A DNA stretch of 64,000 nt from an uncultured Bacteroidales bacterium (GCA_902800525.1 CADCEV010000002.1:95695-159694); one strand, 5' to 3'. Positions 35,492 to 44,740 are shown, numbered from the stretch's first letter. Notes: generated by a model not told the origin, from the sequence alone. Made by a program: numbers and translations.

Positions 35492-38400
35492 TCACTCAAT
35501 GGTGCTCCATACGGCGAAGTAGGTCTTGCCGTCTCGATCCTGTGTATCAATACTTGCGCCGGCTGTATAGAAATAGCCCGTGGCTGCCTCAATAGCCGCT
35601 TTGTCTGGCGCTGTATCCGATTCACCGCTCATATACACCACCAATGGCGTCCATTCGCTGTCTATCCATCCTACCAGGTGTTGGTGCGTCTTGTCGCACG
35701 CTTCACCATCCTCCACTATATCATCATTCGTCGGTGTCGCTTGATCTTTAGTGAATACACCTTCAGGAGTAGTCGCCACTACATCGCTGAAATTCACACC
35801 ATGAACAATATCTACGAAATGTACTCGCGGCAATGGCTTAACAGTTACATCAATAGTAGCCGTCTTGCTCGGATCGGAGGATGCTGTCAAAGTCACGGTT
35901 TCAACTTGAACCTTGGTGACTGATTTACCGGTTATGGTAATATTGTCATTACTTCGCCCGATGGTTACATAACTATACGATCCTGTAGTATAGCCTTTCG
36001 TGGTTACGTTCACCGGGTCATATGTTACTGCTATCTCCTCGCTTTCGCCAACATATAGTTCCGTAGCTGACTTCGCTACTTGAATATTGCTCAGTGCCAC
36101 CGGAACGACATTGACGGTTACCTTGGCATAGGTACCGCTGCCATCGTTGGCGGTGATGATAATCTCTGCCGTGCCTGCTGCTTTAGCTACCAGTCTGCCG
36201 GTGGATTTGGTGAACTCTATCACGCTGTTAGTCGTCAATTCGTTTCCGTCAAATACCTGTGCTACGCCATTCACGGTAGCCGACCATGTGTAGCCTTTGT
36301 TCAGTGCGTTTGCCGGTAATACATCTCCTGCGGTGATACTCAGTTTGTGACCAAACACATCTGCTGGACTACTCGTCTTGCCTTCTGTCGGATAGAGGTT
36401 AAGCACCACATTGCTTCCGGTCTCCGTGGAAATAGTGGCATCCTTATTGTCCAACTTGGTCGCGGTCAAAGAAAGTCCTGTCACTAATATCGGTGTTGTC
36501 GTTGCGGTCGCAGCCACCGTCATATTAGCATCTTTCGGATAGGTAAGTGTATAGGTCTGAGCGCTCTCCAATGGCAGCGAGATAGCCGGTTCTATACTGC
36601 TGTAACCGCTTCCGAAACTCAATGCCGTCACCTTATATCCGGCTGTCGGAGTGACGGTCGCGTGTACCGTGTTCGTTCCTCCGCAACTCGGAATCGGCGA
36701 CAAGGCTTGTTCTGTGTAGGTGATCGTTCCGTTTGAAATGGTAGAAGCGCCTAATGTCAACAAGTTGTCGCAGCATTCTGTCACATAGTTGGTTACCGAT
36801 ACCGGGGTATAAGTGTATTCCAATGTCGCATTGTAATACCGCACATTGTAACCGGTCTCCTTCGTATGGTAAATACGCACGCCATATGCTGAATTGACGT
36901 TACCGAAAGGCATATCTACTTGGAATGTGGAGCCGCCGGCATCAGTAACCTTGTCGGTCAACACTTGCGGTACACCTAACTCGTCGCCGTTGGCATCAAG
37001 CCATACGGCATAGACGTTATTGGTTAATGGATTCTTCGTTGTTCCTCCGCCTATCGAAGCATATAGGGTTACCTTCGTCGGAATGCGTAACTCATTCTCG
37101 GGAATGAGCGGAGTAGAGGTGTCGCTTTTCTTGAATTGAACATAGCGTTTTTCTCCATCGCTGGAGCCATCTTCAAAATAGGTGGCGCTAGATCCTCCGG
37201 CTGATGCATTGAATGCAAATCCGCTTGTAACCGTGTTGGTGCTGCTGGATCTGCTCCACGAGGCAAGCGTCTCCGATTCGCTTTCCAAGTTCTGCTTGTA
37301 GGCAAACACAGCGTAATAGGTCACGTCGCCATCTAATGCAGGCGCGTCTTCGGCATCGTCAAACAAGCCCAACGCTTCTATATCTTCTCCGTTCACCGGT
37401 ACAAAACCGATATTAGTGCTGCTCCAGCCTGCGAAATAGTTTGCACAATCGCCGATGGTGGAACCGCTTGGCTCAGTCGGTAAACTACTAACGGCAGAAC
37501 CATGTTTTGCAACTTCCGTCGGGTCGCCGGTGGTGTACGCCTCGTTATTCACTACCCACGCTACGGAAACAGGCGCGTAGAACACGGCTTTTACCGTCAC
37601 ATTGCCTGTCGGTGTTCCGCTCAGGGTGGTGTTCATGTCGCTTGCATCAACGAAACTCAATCCTTTGTTTCCGCCTACAAACTCCCATTGCTTGAACGCA
37701 TAGTTCGTACTGCCTTCGCTGGCACTCAGCGTCATTCCTGTGCCCTCTGCGCTTACGCCCAAAGCATCAATCGCTCCTCCGCTTACTGTCGCTTTGTTAA
37801 CTGTCAGCGTATAAACATTGATAGCTTGGTCGGCCTCTTTGTCTTCGTAAGAAATGGTAATATTGCTGTTGGAAGACGTCAAAGCGGTAGTCGGACTGAA
37901 CGTACATAGCGGTGTCACCGGCTCACTCGTCTCGTCCGAATAATAGGCGGTTACTACCATTCCTGCCGTGCTGAATGTCTCGCCTTCCAAATAGGCGGCA
38001 CGGGGCGCTGTGGTGATAGCTATACTGCTCAACGTCTTCGAGGACTTGGTTCGAACTGCACCGCTGGCATCGCTCACGGGGCCTCCTGCGCAATAAACCA
38101 GATCATCACCAATGGTCTGAACTTTGAAATAGTATTCCGTGCTCTCTTCCAAACCGGCAAACGTCGCGCTGACTGTCGGAGCATCAACTACTATCGGATT
38201 TACCGTCGCACTTGCCGGACTTGTACATTCTGCATCCGAATAAAGGGTTACCCGGTATTGTGAGGCATTGGCGGCTGCTGTCCAACCTACGGTCAATGAG
38301 TTGGTCGTAGCCGCTCCTGTCTGGCTCAAACCGCTGGCTGTGCCCGGCTGAGTGCAACAACGCGCTACATAATCTTCATATTCGCCATAATCAACGCTGA

Positions 38401-41260
38401 AATCCCATATGCGAATAGCACCACTCGCTGTTATATATCCGGTAGTCAGTCCTAATGCCTCACAATCCAATGTAATAGAAGAACCGCCTGTTCCGGAAAC
38501 AGCCGTTCCGGATGCCACACCGGCTGCTGCGGTAGTATTGTTATTGCTGCTACTGAAATACAGCGTTGCGATATTATTACCTCCATCTCTTGCTTGAGAA
38601 GTTCCGGATACCGTCATCGTAATTGACTTAATTGTCGCCGGCATAGTGGGCACTTGAACGTAATAAGCCGTAGGAGAATCGTAAGTCCTAATTTGTAAGA
38701 AATGAACATCACTGGTAGCGTTACTATGTTGATTTTTTATAGCATATGCATTCCAAGTGGATTCTTCGCTATCTGTTATCGCATATGAGCCATAACCAGT
38801 ACCACCTGCCCCGTCTTCCTTAATCTCTTCGCTACGGAGTGTGCGTGTTCCGCCGTTTTTATTGGAAGCAAACACAGCGCGATAGGTTACATCCTCCGTC
38901 AACGCCTCTACATTCGGACTGCCGGCGCTCTTGAATAGCTTAAGATCCGCTACATCGTCGCCGTTAACCGGATCTACTCCAATTGCTGCGGCACTCCAAC
39001 CTACAAAGGTCTCTGTACAACTCGGCGCCTCTGCCGGAGCAGTAGGCAAAGCACTAATCTTGCCGCCATAGGCTACCTCGGTCGTCTGACTACCTGCCGG
39101 TGCATCATCCAAACCTATCTTCCATGTCACAATAATGGGCTTGTAATATACAGCGGTTACGGTAACCGAACCTGTCGGATTAGTAATCGTGTTCTCTTTG
39201 ACATCCTCATCATCGCCTAACTCTGCTCCGCTTATCTGCCACTCTTTGAAGACATAGTTTGCAGCATCATCATCCGGACTAATCGCTATACCTTCGCGGT
39301 TCGGCGTTCCGGGACCTCCAACGGCTATCGCATTTCCATCCTCGTCTTGCGCTTGCATCGTCACGCCATAGACGGTCACAGCCGTCGTGGCGGTCTTGCT
39401 TCCGTCGGTCGTGGTACAAGTGATCGTCGCTGTGCCGGCAGCAGCACCGGTTACTACACCCAAACCGTTTACACTCGCCTTGCTGTCATCGCTCGATGAC
39501 CAACCTACGCTCTTATCCGTCGCGTCAACAGGAGATACTGTCGGAGTAATACTGAAACTCTCACCCGGTATAATCGCTTTGCTGGTAGGACTAACCTCTA
39601 CGCTCGTCACATTGACCGTCTCGTCCACAATCGTCACTACCATTTCATCGTTCTGCTCACATTTGTTTGTACTGGTGTTGATATCTTGGTGGGCTCTGAC
39701 TGTAACCGTTCCGGCGCTTATCGGGGTTAGCGTCGTGCCTTCTATGCTGGCGCTTCCTGTGCCATCTACTACACTCCAACTAACTGTCATCCCGTTTCCG
39801 CCTGCCGAACTTAGAGACAGTGTTTTGTCTAACGCAACACCGTCAGCACTCGTGATACCCAATGCCGTTGCCGGATCTGTACAACAACGCGTGCGGTAAT
39901 TAGTATAGGTGTGGTCGCGCCAGACGGCATAAAGGGTATATGTATCACTATTGGTTGAGGTTAGGTTGATTACACTCTGTCCGTCTGTATAATCAACAGT
40001 TCCTGCTAATGCACGAGAAGAACTGGTTGCCCAGCCAGCAAAATATTTATGCGTTGGAGGCGTATAGGTGTTAGTGCTTAAAGCCTGCGTCTCATCGTAT
40101 GTGAAGTTTTGGCTGCTCATTATAGTTCCGGAACCACCATTTGCATTAAATGCAACGCTATAACTATTCGGTGTCCACTGAGCGTAGAAGGTCACATTTC
40201 CATTACCGGTGTATGTCCCGCTTAATGAATGCTCCTCTCCGCTGGCTGAACCGAGAAGCCAATTGGTAAGCCGATAACCCATTTTGCTCATGCCCGAACC
40301 ATTGGAAAGGGTAAAATCAATCCCATGATCTTTATATGCAGACACAACAGAACCCGTGCCGCCATTGTTGTTGTAATCAATTGTATAGCGTTGCAAAGTA
40401 GTGAACGAAGTTTGTGTTCCATAACCCGTTCCGAATCCATTCGTCGCGTACGGACGTACGTAGTATGTTGTATTAGGTGTTAATCCTGTCAAATTATGAC
40501 TGAATGCCGTGCCGGTTGTAGTATAAGTCGTTCCCTTCTCATAAGTAGTAGTCCCCTCTGCACTTAATTCCGGGTTTGCACTCGGTCCAACTACAAATCC
40601 ATAACTGGTAACTGTACATCCACCAACTCCCAAAGCACTCAAACCGCTTGCACAACTAATGGTTGCTGTAGTCGATCTCAAATCACCATAACTTCCTGCC
40701 GTCACTGTCGGTGCAGCAGTACAGGCAGCTACGGAGTATGTTACAGTGATTGATTTTATCCATACTGATTTATCACTTGCACCGTTAGTGACTGATATGG
40801 CAATTTCACCAGTCGCAGATCCACTAAAAGTATAACTTTTATTTTTATTAGAAGTTCCGCTCGCAATAGAAAGCGATGTATTACTGCCATTTTTAAATGT
40901 TGTACTTCCTACAGATACTGCTAATGAAGAACTCGATCCATTAGTTGAAGCTACAATACTTACGGAGGTAATTGTACCAATTTGAGTCGTTGTTATAATA
41001 GGATCGGCACCACTAGAAAATTGTAAGCCGCGATCAGATGCTTCAAATCCATTCGGAGCGATTGAAGAAGCCCACGACCAACCTCCGGATACACAAGGAA
41101 GTGGATTTTTGCTGTCCTCCCATGGCTTTGAACCTGATTTCGCGGCAAAGGTTGTAGTTTTTTCCGCTCCCCATACATTCCCCACAACCAAAGCCATAGC
41201 AACCACCATCACTACGCGTTTCGCAATTCTCATATATGTCGTATTGAATAAAGTCTTCAT
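35492..41260 (-). CDS. Giant secreted cell-surface repeat protein, 1922 aa (Listeria-Bacteroides/InlB-B repeats, Big_2 and Big_3-type Ig-like domains, FN3-like modules)
   Basis: Signal peptide ending NVWG. YTIDYNNNGGTG...FYAQW and YSVAFNANGGSG...LYAVW repeats. Big_2-like VTSVEVSPTSKAIIPGESF...TATITC. Big_3-like LSSIAITTAPRAAYLEGETFSTAGMVVTAYY. Confidence 0.88.
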   Translation of the reverse strand: MKTLFNTTYMRIAKRVVMVVAMALVVGNVWGAEKTTTFAAKSGSKPWEDSKNPLPCVSGGWSWASSIAPNGFEASDRGLQFSSGADPIITTTQIGTITSVSIVASTNGSSSSLAVSVGSTTFKNGSNTSLSIASGTSNKNKSYTFSGSATGEIAISVTNGASDKSVWIKSITVTYSVAACTAAPTVTAGSYGDLRSTTATISCASGLSALGVGGCTVTSYGFVVGPSANPELSAEGTTTYEKGTTYTTTGTAFSHNLTGLTPNTTYYVRPYATNGFGTGYGTQTSFTTLQRYTIDYNNNGGTGSVVSAYKDHGIDFTLSNGSGMSKMGYRLTNWLLGSASGEEHSLSGTYTGNGNVTFYAQWTPNSYSVAFNANGGSGTIMSSQNFTYDETQALSTNTYTPPTHKYFAGWATSSSRALAGTVDYTDGQSVINLTSTNSDTYTLYAVWRDHTYTNYRTRCCTDPATALGITSADGVALDKTLSLSSAGGNGMTVSWSVVDGTGSASIEGTTLTPISAGTVTVRAHQDINTSTNKCEQNDEMVVTIVDETVNVTSVEVSPTSKAIIPGESFSITPTVSPVDATDKSVGWSSSDDSKASVNGLGVVTGAAAGTATITCTTTDGSKTATTAVTVYGVTMQAQDEDGNAIAVGGPGTPNREGIAISPDDDAANYVFKEWQISGAELGDDEDVKENTITNPTGSVTVTAVYYKPIIVTWKIGLDDAPAGSQTTEVAYGGKISALPTAPAEAPSCTETFVGWSAAAIGVDPVNGDDVADLKLFKSAGSPNVEALTEDVTYRAVFASNKNGGTRTLRSEEIKEDGAGGTGYGSYAITDSEESTWNAYAIKNQHSNATSDVHFLQIRTYDSPTAYYVQVPTMPATIKSITMTVSGTSQARDGGNNIATLYFSSSNNNTTAAAGVASGTAVSGTGGSSITLDCEALGLTTGYITASGAIRIWDFSVDYGEYEDYVARCCTQPGTASGLSQTGAATTNSLTVGWTAAANASQYRVTLYSDAECTSPASATVNPIVVDAPTVSATFAGLEESTEYYFKVQTIGDDLVYCAGGPVSDASGAVRTKSSKTLSSIAITTAPRAAYLEGETFSTAGMVVTAYYSDETSEPVTPLCTFSPTTALTSSNSNITISYEDKEADQAINVYTLTVNKATVSGGAIDALGVSAEGTGMTLSASEGSTNYAFKQWEFVGGNKGLSFVDASDMNTTLSGTPTGNVTVKAVFYAPVSVAWVVNNEAYTTGDPTEVAKHGSAVSSLPTEPSGSTIGDCANYFAGWSSTNIGFVPVNGEDIEALGLFDDAEDAPALDGDVTYYAVFAYKQNLESESETLASWSRSSSTNTVTSGFAFNASAGGSSATYFEDGSSDGEKRYVQFKKSDTSTPLIPENELRIPTKVTLYASIGGGTTKNPLTNNVYAVWLDANGDELGVPQVLTDKVTDAGGSTFQVDMPFGNVNSAYGVRIYHTKETGYNVRYYNATLEYTYTPVSVTNYVTECCDNLLTLGASTISNGTITYTEQALSPIPSCGGTNTVHATVTPTAGYKVTALSFGSGYSSIEPAISLPLESAQTYTLTYPKDANMTVAATATTTPILVTGLSLTATKLDNKDATISTETGSNVVLNLYPTEGKTSSPADVFGHKLSITAGDVLPANALNKGYTWSATVNGVAQVFDGNELTTNSVIEFTKSTGRLVAKAAGTAEIIITANDGSGTYAKVTVNVVPVALSNIQVAKSATELYVGESEEIAVTYDPVNVTTKGYTTGSYSYVTIGRSNDNITITGKSVTKVQVETVTLTASSDPSKTATIDVTVKPLPRVHFVDIVHGVNFSDVVATTPEGVFTKDQATPTNDDIVEDGEACDKTHQHLVGWIDSEWTPLVVYMSGESDTAPDKAAIEAATGYFYTAGASIDTQDRDGKTYFAVWSTIE

Positions 41261-41281
41261 AATTCTATAATGTTCATTATT

Positions 41282-41305
41282 AACTCTTCACTCTTAACTT
41301 TTCAC
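41282..41305. repeat. AACTCTT/CACTCTT heptamer array (3 units)
   Basis: Lies in the 49-nt spacer between the 747-aa and 1922-aa genes. Confidence 0.7.
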
Positions 41306-41309
41306 CCCC

Positions 41310-43553
41310 TTATTCCGCATAATCCGCAAAAACTGCGTAGAACACTTGATCGCCCGTAGCGTTCGGGAATTCCGATGCCGTAGTATAAAGTTCCGAACTA
41401 CCATGCACATAAGCGCCGCCTTCTGCGTCTGTCCAGCCCATAAACCGGTCTCCGCAGAATTCTCCCGTGGTAGGCGCAGTCGGTAACGTACTTATATGCC
41501 CGCCTCCGTTCACTGTGGTAGAACCGCCTTTATCGGACCATTCTGATCCATCAACCATCCAGGTTACGTTGTATTGAATAGTGAATGTGCCGCTCAATTG
41601 ATTAGAATTACTACATCCGTCTTTCCATGCAATAGCCTTGATCTTAGTTACAACCGTCATGTGAATAGGACCATCATATTCTGTACTGCTTTCTGACGGA
41701 GTTCCGGGCGTAGTTCCATCTTCGGTCAAGGTATAGTAAATCTTATCACCATAAGTGGTACTCAATTCAACATCTTGCGGACCGGAATGTGTTCCGGCTG
41801 CTGGAGATGCAGTCGGAACAGCACATTTAATGGTATAGGTGCCCGACTTTTGGTCAGATTTCGTATATCCGCTCTTGAATGCTCTCGCTTTTAAGGTTTT
41901 GGTTGTAGAAAAGGTAATGGCACTGGTATAAATCGTGCTACTTTCCGTCGGATCACTTCCGTCCAATGTATATCGGATAACTGCATCTGTAGTCCCGCAT
42001 GTGATGGTAATATCTTGTGACCCAATATATGTGTTAGTCTCAGCACTCAAACTCGGCTGTTCACATTTAAGCGTATAGGCGGCACTAACCATACTTGAAG
42101 CCGTATAGCCGCTCTTGAATACTTTTGCTTTCAGCGTTTTGGATGAAGTGATTGCAATTGCGCTGGAATAAACAGCACTACTCTCTGTCGGTGTCGTTCC
42201 ATCCAGCGTATAACGAATAGTTGCTCCGGCTGTTGTCGTGCTAATTGTTGTGCTCTGATCATTATAATACGTACCACCGGTAAGAGTGATTGTCGGATTA
42301 ACGCAAACCATCGTATAAGTTGCACTCGCCACATCAGAATCCGAGCACCCGGATTTTACTGCGATTGCCTTTATTGTCTGCGTGGCATTGACAGTAATAG
42401 CGCTGCTATATAAAGTACTGTTTGTCGTCGGGGTCGTACCATCCGTGGTGTAATAAATACTTGTTCCAAAAGTCGTAGAGAGAGTGACATCGACATCATT
42501 GTTTTTTGTGCCGCCTGCGACAGAGAATGTAGGCGTAGCACATTTTATGGTGTATGTCGCCGAAGCAACATCTGATGCAGTCAAGCCGGCTTTAAATGCT
42601 TTTGCTTTAATCGTTTTACTCGCATCCACTGTAATGGCAGAACTATATGCAGTACTGCTCCCTGTAGGATCTGTTCCGTCGGTCGTATAGCGAATCGTTG
42701 CTCCGGCAGTACCACAACTAAGTGTTACACTCTTACTCGTCGTGTATGTTCCTTCTGCAACAGAGAACGTGGGAGCTGCTACGGCTACTTCGTCATAAGT
42801 TAATGTGTACTCTGTTGTATATACGGCACATGCGTATCCTCCGTAAATCTTGTATCCGGTTACAGCAGATGTAGGGCTGAAGGTAAAAATATTCCAATTT
42901 GCATTACTTGAACTACTTCCTGTAGTCACAGAAGTTGTTGTTTGAGCATTGCCTACAACTCCTCCTGTACTATTTAATAGAACTACGCTCAAACTATTCG
43001 AATAACCGGAAGCTGCGGTATTACAAACTGCTTTGACACGAATAGTAAGAGAAAAATTACTATACTGACCATTAGATAGTACATTCTTTAGTGCGGTGAT
43101 GTTGTAGTCACTTACATACCAATTGGTATTTTTCCCGTATCCACCACAATAAGAAGTACCACTTTTATTTGTCCATCCAGAAGAAATCGTAATGGAAGTT
43201 GGACCTAACGTGGATGCTCCCCAAGCATCCCCGACGCCTATAATTAAAAGCATTGCCAGCATAGCAGCAATGTGCGCCCATTTACGACTCGATTTTGAGA
43301 CGGTCGTTGGAGATAAGAAGGAAATAAGTTGGAGGTTTGTTTGTGCCTCCCCCTCCTTCACTCTACTGCCCTTCTTCTCATTGTTTGCGAAAAATGGCAT
43401 GAGACTTTTGAGACTTTTGAGACTTTCAGAAAAAATTGCACTGGCAGTTTTGTCAGTTTTGACAGTTTTCTGATTTTTGTGGTTGTTTCTAATTTCCATA
43501 TCTTCTATCTTTTCCATATCTTTTGTCTTATTTGTGTCCTTTGTGAACACCAA
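41310..43553 (-). CDS. Secreted repeat protein, up to 747 aa, with ~6 tandem ~75-aa chitobiase/hexosaminidase-C-like (CHB_HEX_C_1-type) domains
   Basis: Repeats of the form TFSVAEGTY..VTLS....ATIRYTTDGTDPT.SST.YSSAITV..T.TIKA.A.K.G...S.V.SATYT. The hydrophobic signal region ends in DAWG. The start is uncertain: the track uses the TTG at 43553, and the first ATG before the signal region is at 43400. Confidence 0.8.
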   Translation of the reverse strand: MVFTKDTNKTKDMEKIEDMEIRNNHKNQKTVKTDKTASAIFSESLKSLKSLMPFFANNEKKGSRVKEGEAQTNLQLISFLSPTTVSKSSRKWAHIAAMLAMLLIIGVGDAWGASTLGPTSITISSGWTNKSGTSYCGGYGKNTNWYVSDYNITALKNVLSNGQYSNFSLTIRVKAVCNTAASGYSNSLSVVLLNSTGGVVGNAQTTTSVTTGSSSSNANWNIFTFSPTSAVTGYKIYGGYACAVYTTEYTLTYDEVAVAAPTFSVAEGTYTTSKSVTLSCGTAGATIRYTTDGTDPTGSSTAYSSAITVDASKTIKAKAFKAGLTASDVASATYTIKCATPTFSVAGGTKNNDVDVTLSTTFGTSIYYTTDGTTPTTNSTLYSSAITVNATQTIKAIAVKSGCSDSDVASATYTMVCVNPTITLTGGTYYNDQSTTISTTTAGATIRYTLDGTTPTESSAVYSSAIAITSSKTLKAKVFKSGYTASSMVSAAYTLKCEQPSLSAETNTYIGSQDITITCGTTDAVIRYTLDGSDPTESSTIYTSAITFSTTKTLKARAFKSGYTKSDQKSGTYTIKCAVPTASPAAGTHSGPQDVELSTTYGDKIYYTLTEDGTTPGTPSESSTEYDGPIHMTVVTKIKAIAWKDGCSNSNQLSGTFTIQYNVTWMVDGSEWSDKGGSTTVNGGGHISTLPTAPTTGEFCGDRFMGWTDAEGGAYVHGSSELYTTASEFPNATGDQVFYAVFADYAE
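43401..43472. repeat. Two short 9-bp tandem arrays (GAGACTTTT x~3; CAGTTTTGN x3)
   Basis: gagacttttgagacttttgagacttt at 43401-43427 and cagttttgtcagttttgacagttttct at about 43445-43472. Both lie in the 5' region of the 747-aa ORF. Confidence 0.8.
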
Positions 43554-43587
43554 AATCTATTCCACCTGTTTAATCTGTGGATCTCCT

Positions 43588-43612
43588 AAACCGTCCCTTT
43601 TTTGTGTGCCAC
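43588..43612. repeat. Inverted repeat, left arm (AAACCGTCCCTTTTTTGTGTGCCAC)
   Basis: Exact reverse complement of 44015-44039 (25/25, checked base by base). Confidence 0.95.
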
Positions 43613-43804
43613 GCGCTCAAACGACTATGTGTGTGCGCGTTACGTACGCGCGATATATAAATAAGGTGTGGTTCTAAAAGTGCAGAAAAGCGCTACCGAA
43701 TAAAACATAAAATGTTGTATTATAACGTTTTTAGGTTTTTTTGTTAGGTAAAAATAGCAATATATATATTTTTGCATAAAAATAAAAAAAAAATTCTTAA
43801 AGAC

Positions 43805-43835
43805 TTGCGTATATCAAAAAAAAGTTGTACCTTTG
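43805..43835 (+). promoter_or_regulatory. Consensus promoter inside the IR-bounded segment, currently facing rightward
   Basis: TTGCGTATATCAAAAAAAAGTTGTACCTTTGCA: -33-like TTG at 43805 and -7 TACCTTTG at 43828-43835. Same extended motif as the udk, ttcA and pnp promoters in this window. Confidence 0.65.
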
Positions 43836-44014
43836 CACTCGCAATTGAAATTACAGTTCAGTTGGAAGTACCAACGGTTAAGACACTACTTCGACATGAC
43901 AAAATATTACTTCAATAGCAATTTAATAACTAATCCTCTGATCATTTGTGAGGGTTAGCAATACTGCGCACTATCTATTTCAGGTGGTGCGCTCTGCGTT
44001 TATTAAGTTGAGTA

Positions 44015-44039
44015 GTGGCACACAAAAAAGGGACGGTTT
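44015..44039. repeat. Inverted repeat, right arm (GTGGCACACAAAAAAGGGACGGTTT)
   Basis: Exact reverse complement of 43588-43612. Confidence 0.95.
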
Positions 44040-44103
44040 TGCGAAACCATTAAATAATTCGTAAGAGTGGTCATTGGAATGATGTATTTAGCGAAAAAAA
44101 TCG

Positions 44104-44111
44104 TAACTTTG
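44104..44111 (+). promoter_or_regulatory. -7 box (TAACTTTG) immediately upstream of the recombinase gene, outside the inverted repeats
   Basis: GCGAAAAAAATCGTAACTTTGCACTAAAAAAGCTTATG, with the ATG at 44126. Confidence 0.45.
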
Positions 44112-44125
44112 CACTAAAAAAGCTT

Positions 44126-44740
44126 ATGAAGTACGGTTATATTCGCGTTAGTAGCGACAAACAAACAGTTGAAAACCAGCGTTTTGAAATCAACCGGTTT
44201 TGCCTTCGGGAAGGTATCGCCGTGGACGGATGGATCGAAGAAACAGTCTCCGGCACACAGCCTTATTCCAAACGACAATTGGGCAAACTGCTCCACCATG
44301 TCAACAAAGGCGATCTCATCATCTGTAGCGAACTCAGCCGTTTGGGCAGAAACCTCTACATGATCATGGAGATCCTCAGTCTCTGCATGAACCGCGGTTG
44401 TGCGGTTTGGACCATCAAAGACGGTTACCGCCTCGGGGATGATCTTCAATCCAAAGTCTTAGCTTTCGCTTTTGGTCTCTCTGCTGAGATTGAACGAACG
44501 CTCATCAGTCAGCGGACACGAGAAGCCCTCGCGCGACTCAAAGCGGAAGGTAAACCCATCGGTCGCCCCAAAGGCAGCCGCACGCGCAAAGAGGCGCATC
44601 CTCTTTTCCGCCATGAGACCTATATCCGCCTCTCGCTCTCCCGCGGTACGTCCCAGCGTGAAATCGCCCGTCGCCTTCATTGCAACCGCAGCACCCTCCG
44701 CCGCTTCATCACATCTAACATGACAACCCCTAACCCCTAA
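44126..44740 (+). CDS. Serine site-specific recombinase (resolvase/invertase family; candidate DNA invertase)
   Basis: MKYGYIRVSSDKQTVENQ with the catalytic Ser in YIRVSS, SRLGRN, ERTLISQRTREALA, and a C-terminal HTH (SQREIARRLHCNRSTLRRF). 204 aa. Confidence 0.9.
   Translation: MKYGYIRVSSDKQTVENQRFEINRFCLREGIAVDGWIEETVSGTQPYSKRQLGKLLHHVNKGDLIICSELSRLGRNLYMIMEILSLCMNRGCAVWTIKDGYRLGDDLQSKVLAFAFGLSAEIERTLISQRTREALARLKAEGKPIGRPKGSRTRKEAHPLFRHETYIRLSLSRGTSQREIARRLHCNRSTLRRFITSNMTTPNP

Larger units (their letters stand above)
43588..44039. promoter_or_regulatory. Candidate invertible promoter segment (inverton), 452 bp
   Basis: Bounded by perfect 25-bp inverted repeats. Contains a consensus Bacteroidetes promoter, lies next to a serine recombinase gene, and sits between divergent surface-protein genes. 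Confidence 0.7.

Noticed and set aside
43588-43612. Mpi-type inversion site (ARACGTWCGT core known from Bacteroides fragilis).
   Set aside because: The 25-bp IR does not contain that core. The recombinase is therefore not called an Mpi orthologue.
43896-43958. 20-codon ORF (MTKYYFNSNLITNPLIICEG) inside the invertible segment.
   Set aside because: It is too short, there is no supporting signal, and it lies in the probable 5' leader.
43588-44039. The IR-bounded segment as a MITE or IS remnant rather than a switch.
   Set aside because: There is no transposase, I could see no flanking target-site duplication, and the segment carries a full consensus promoter beside a recombinase gene. It cannot be fully excluded without a genome-wide copy count, so this is listed as a refutation test.
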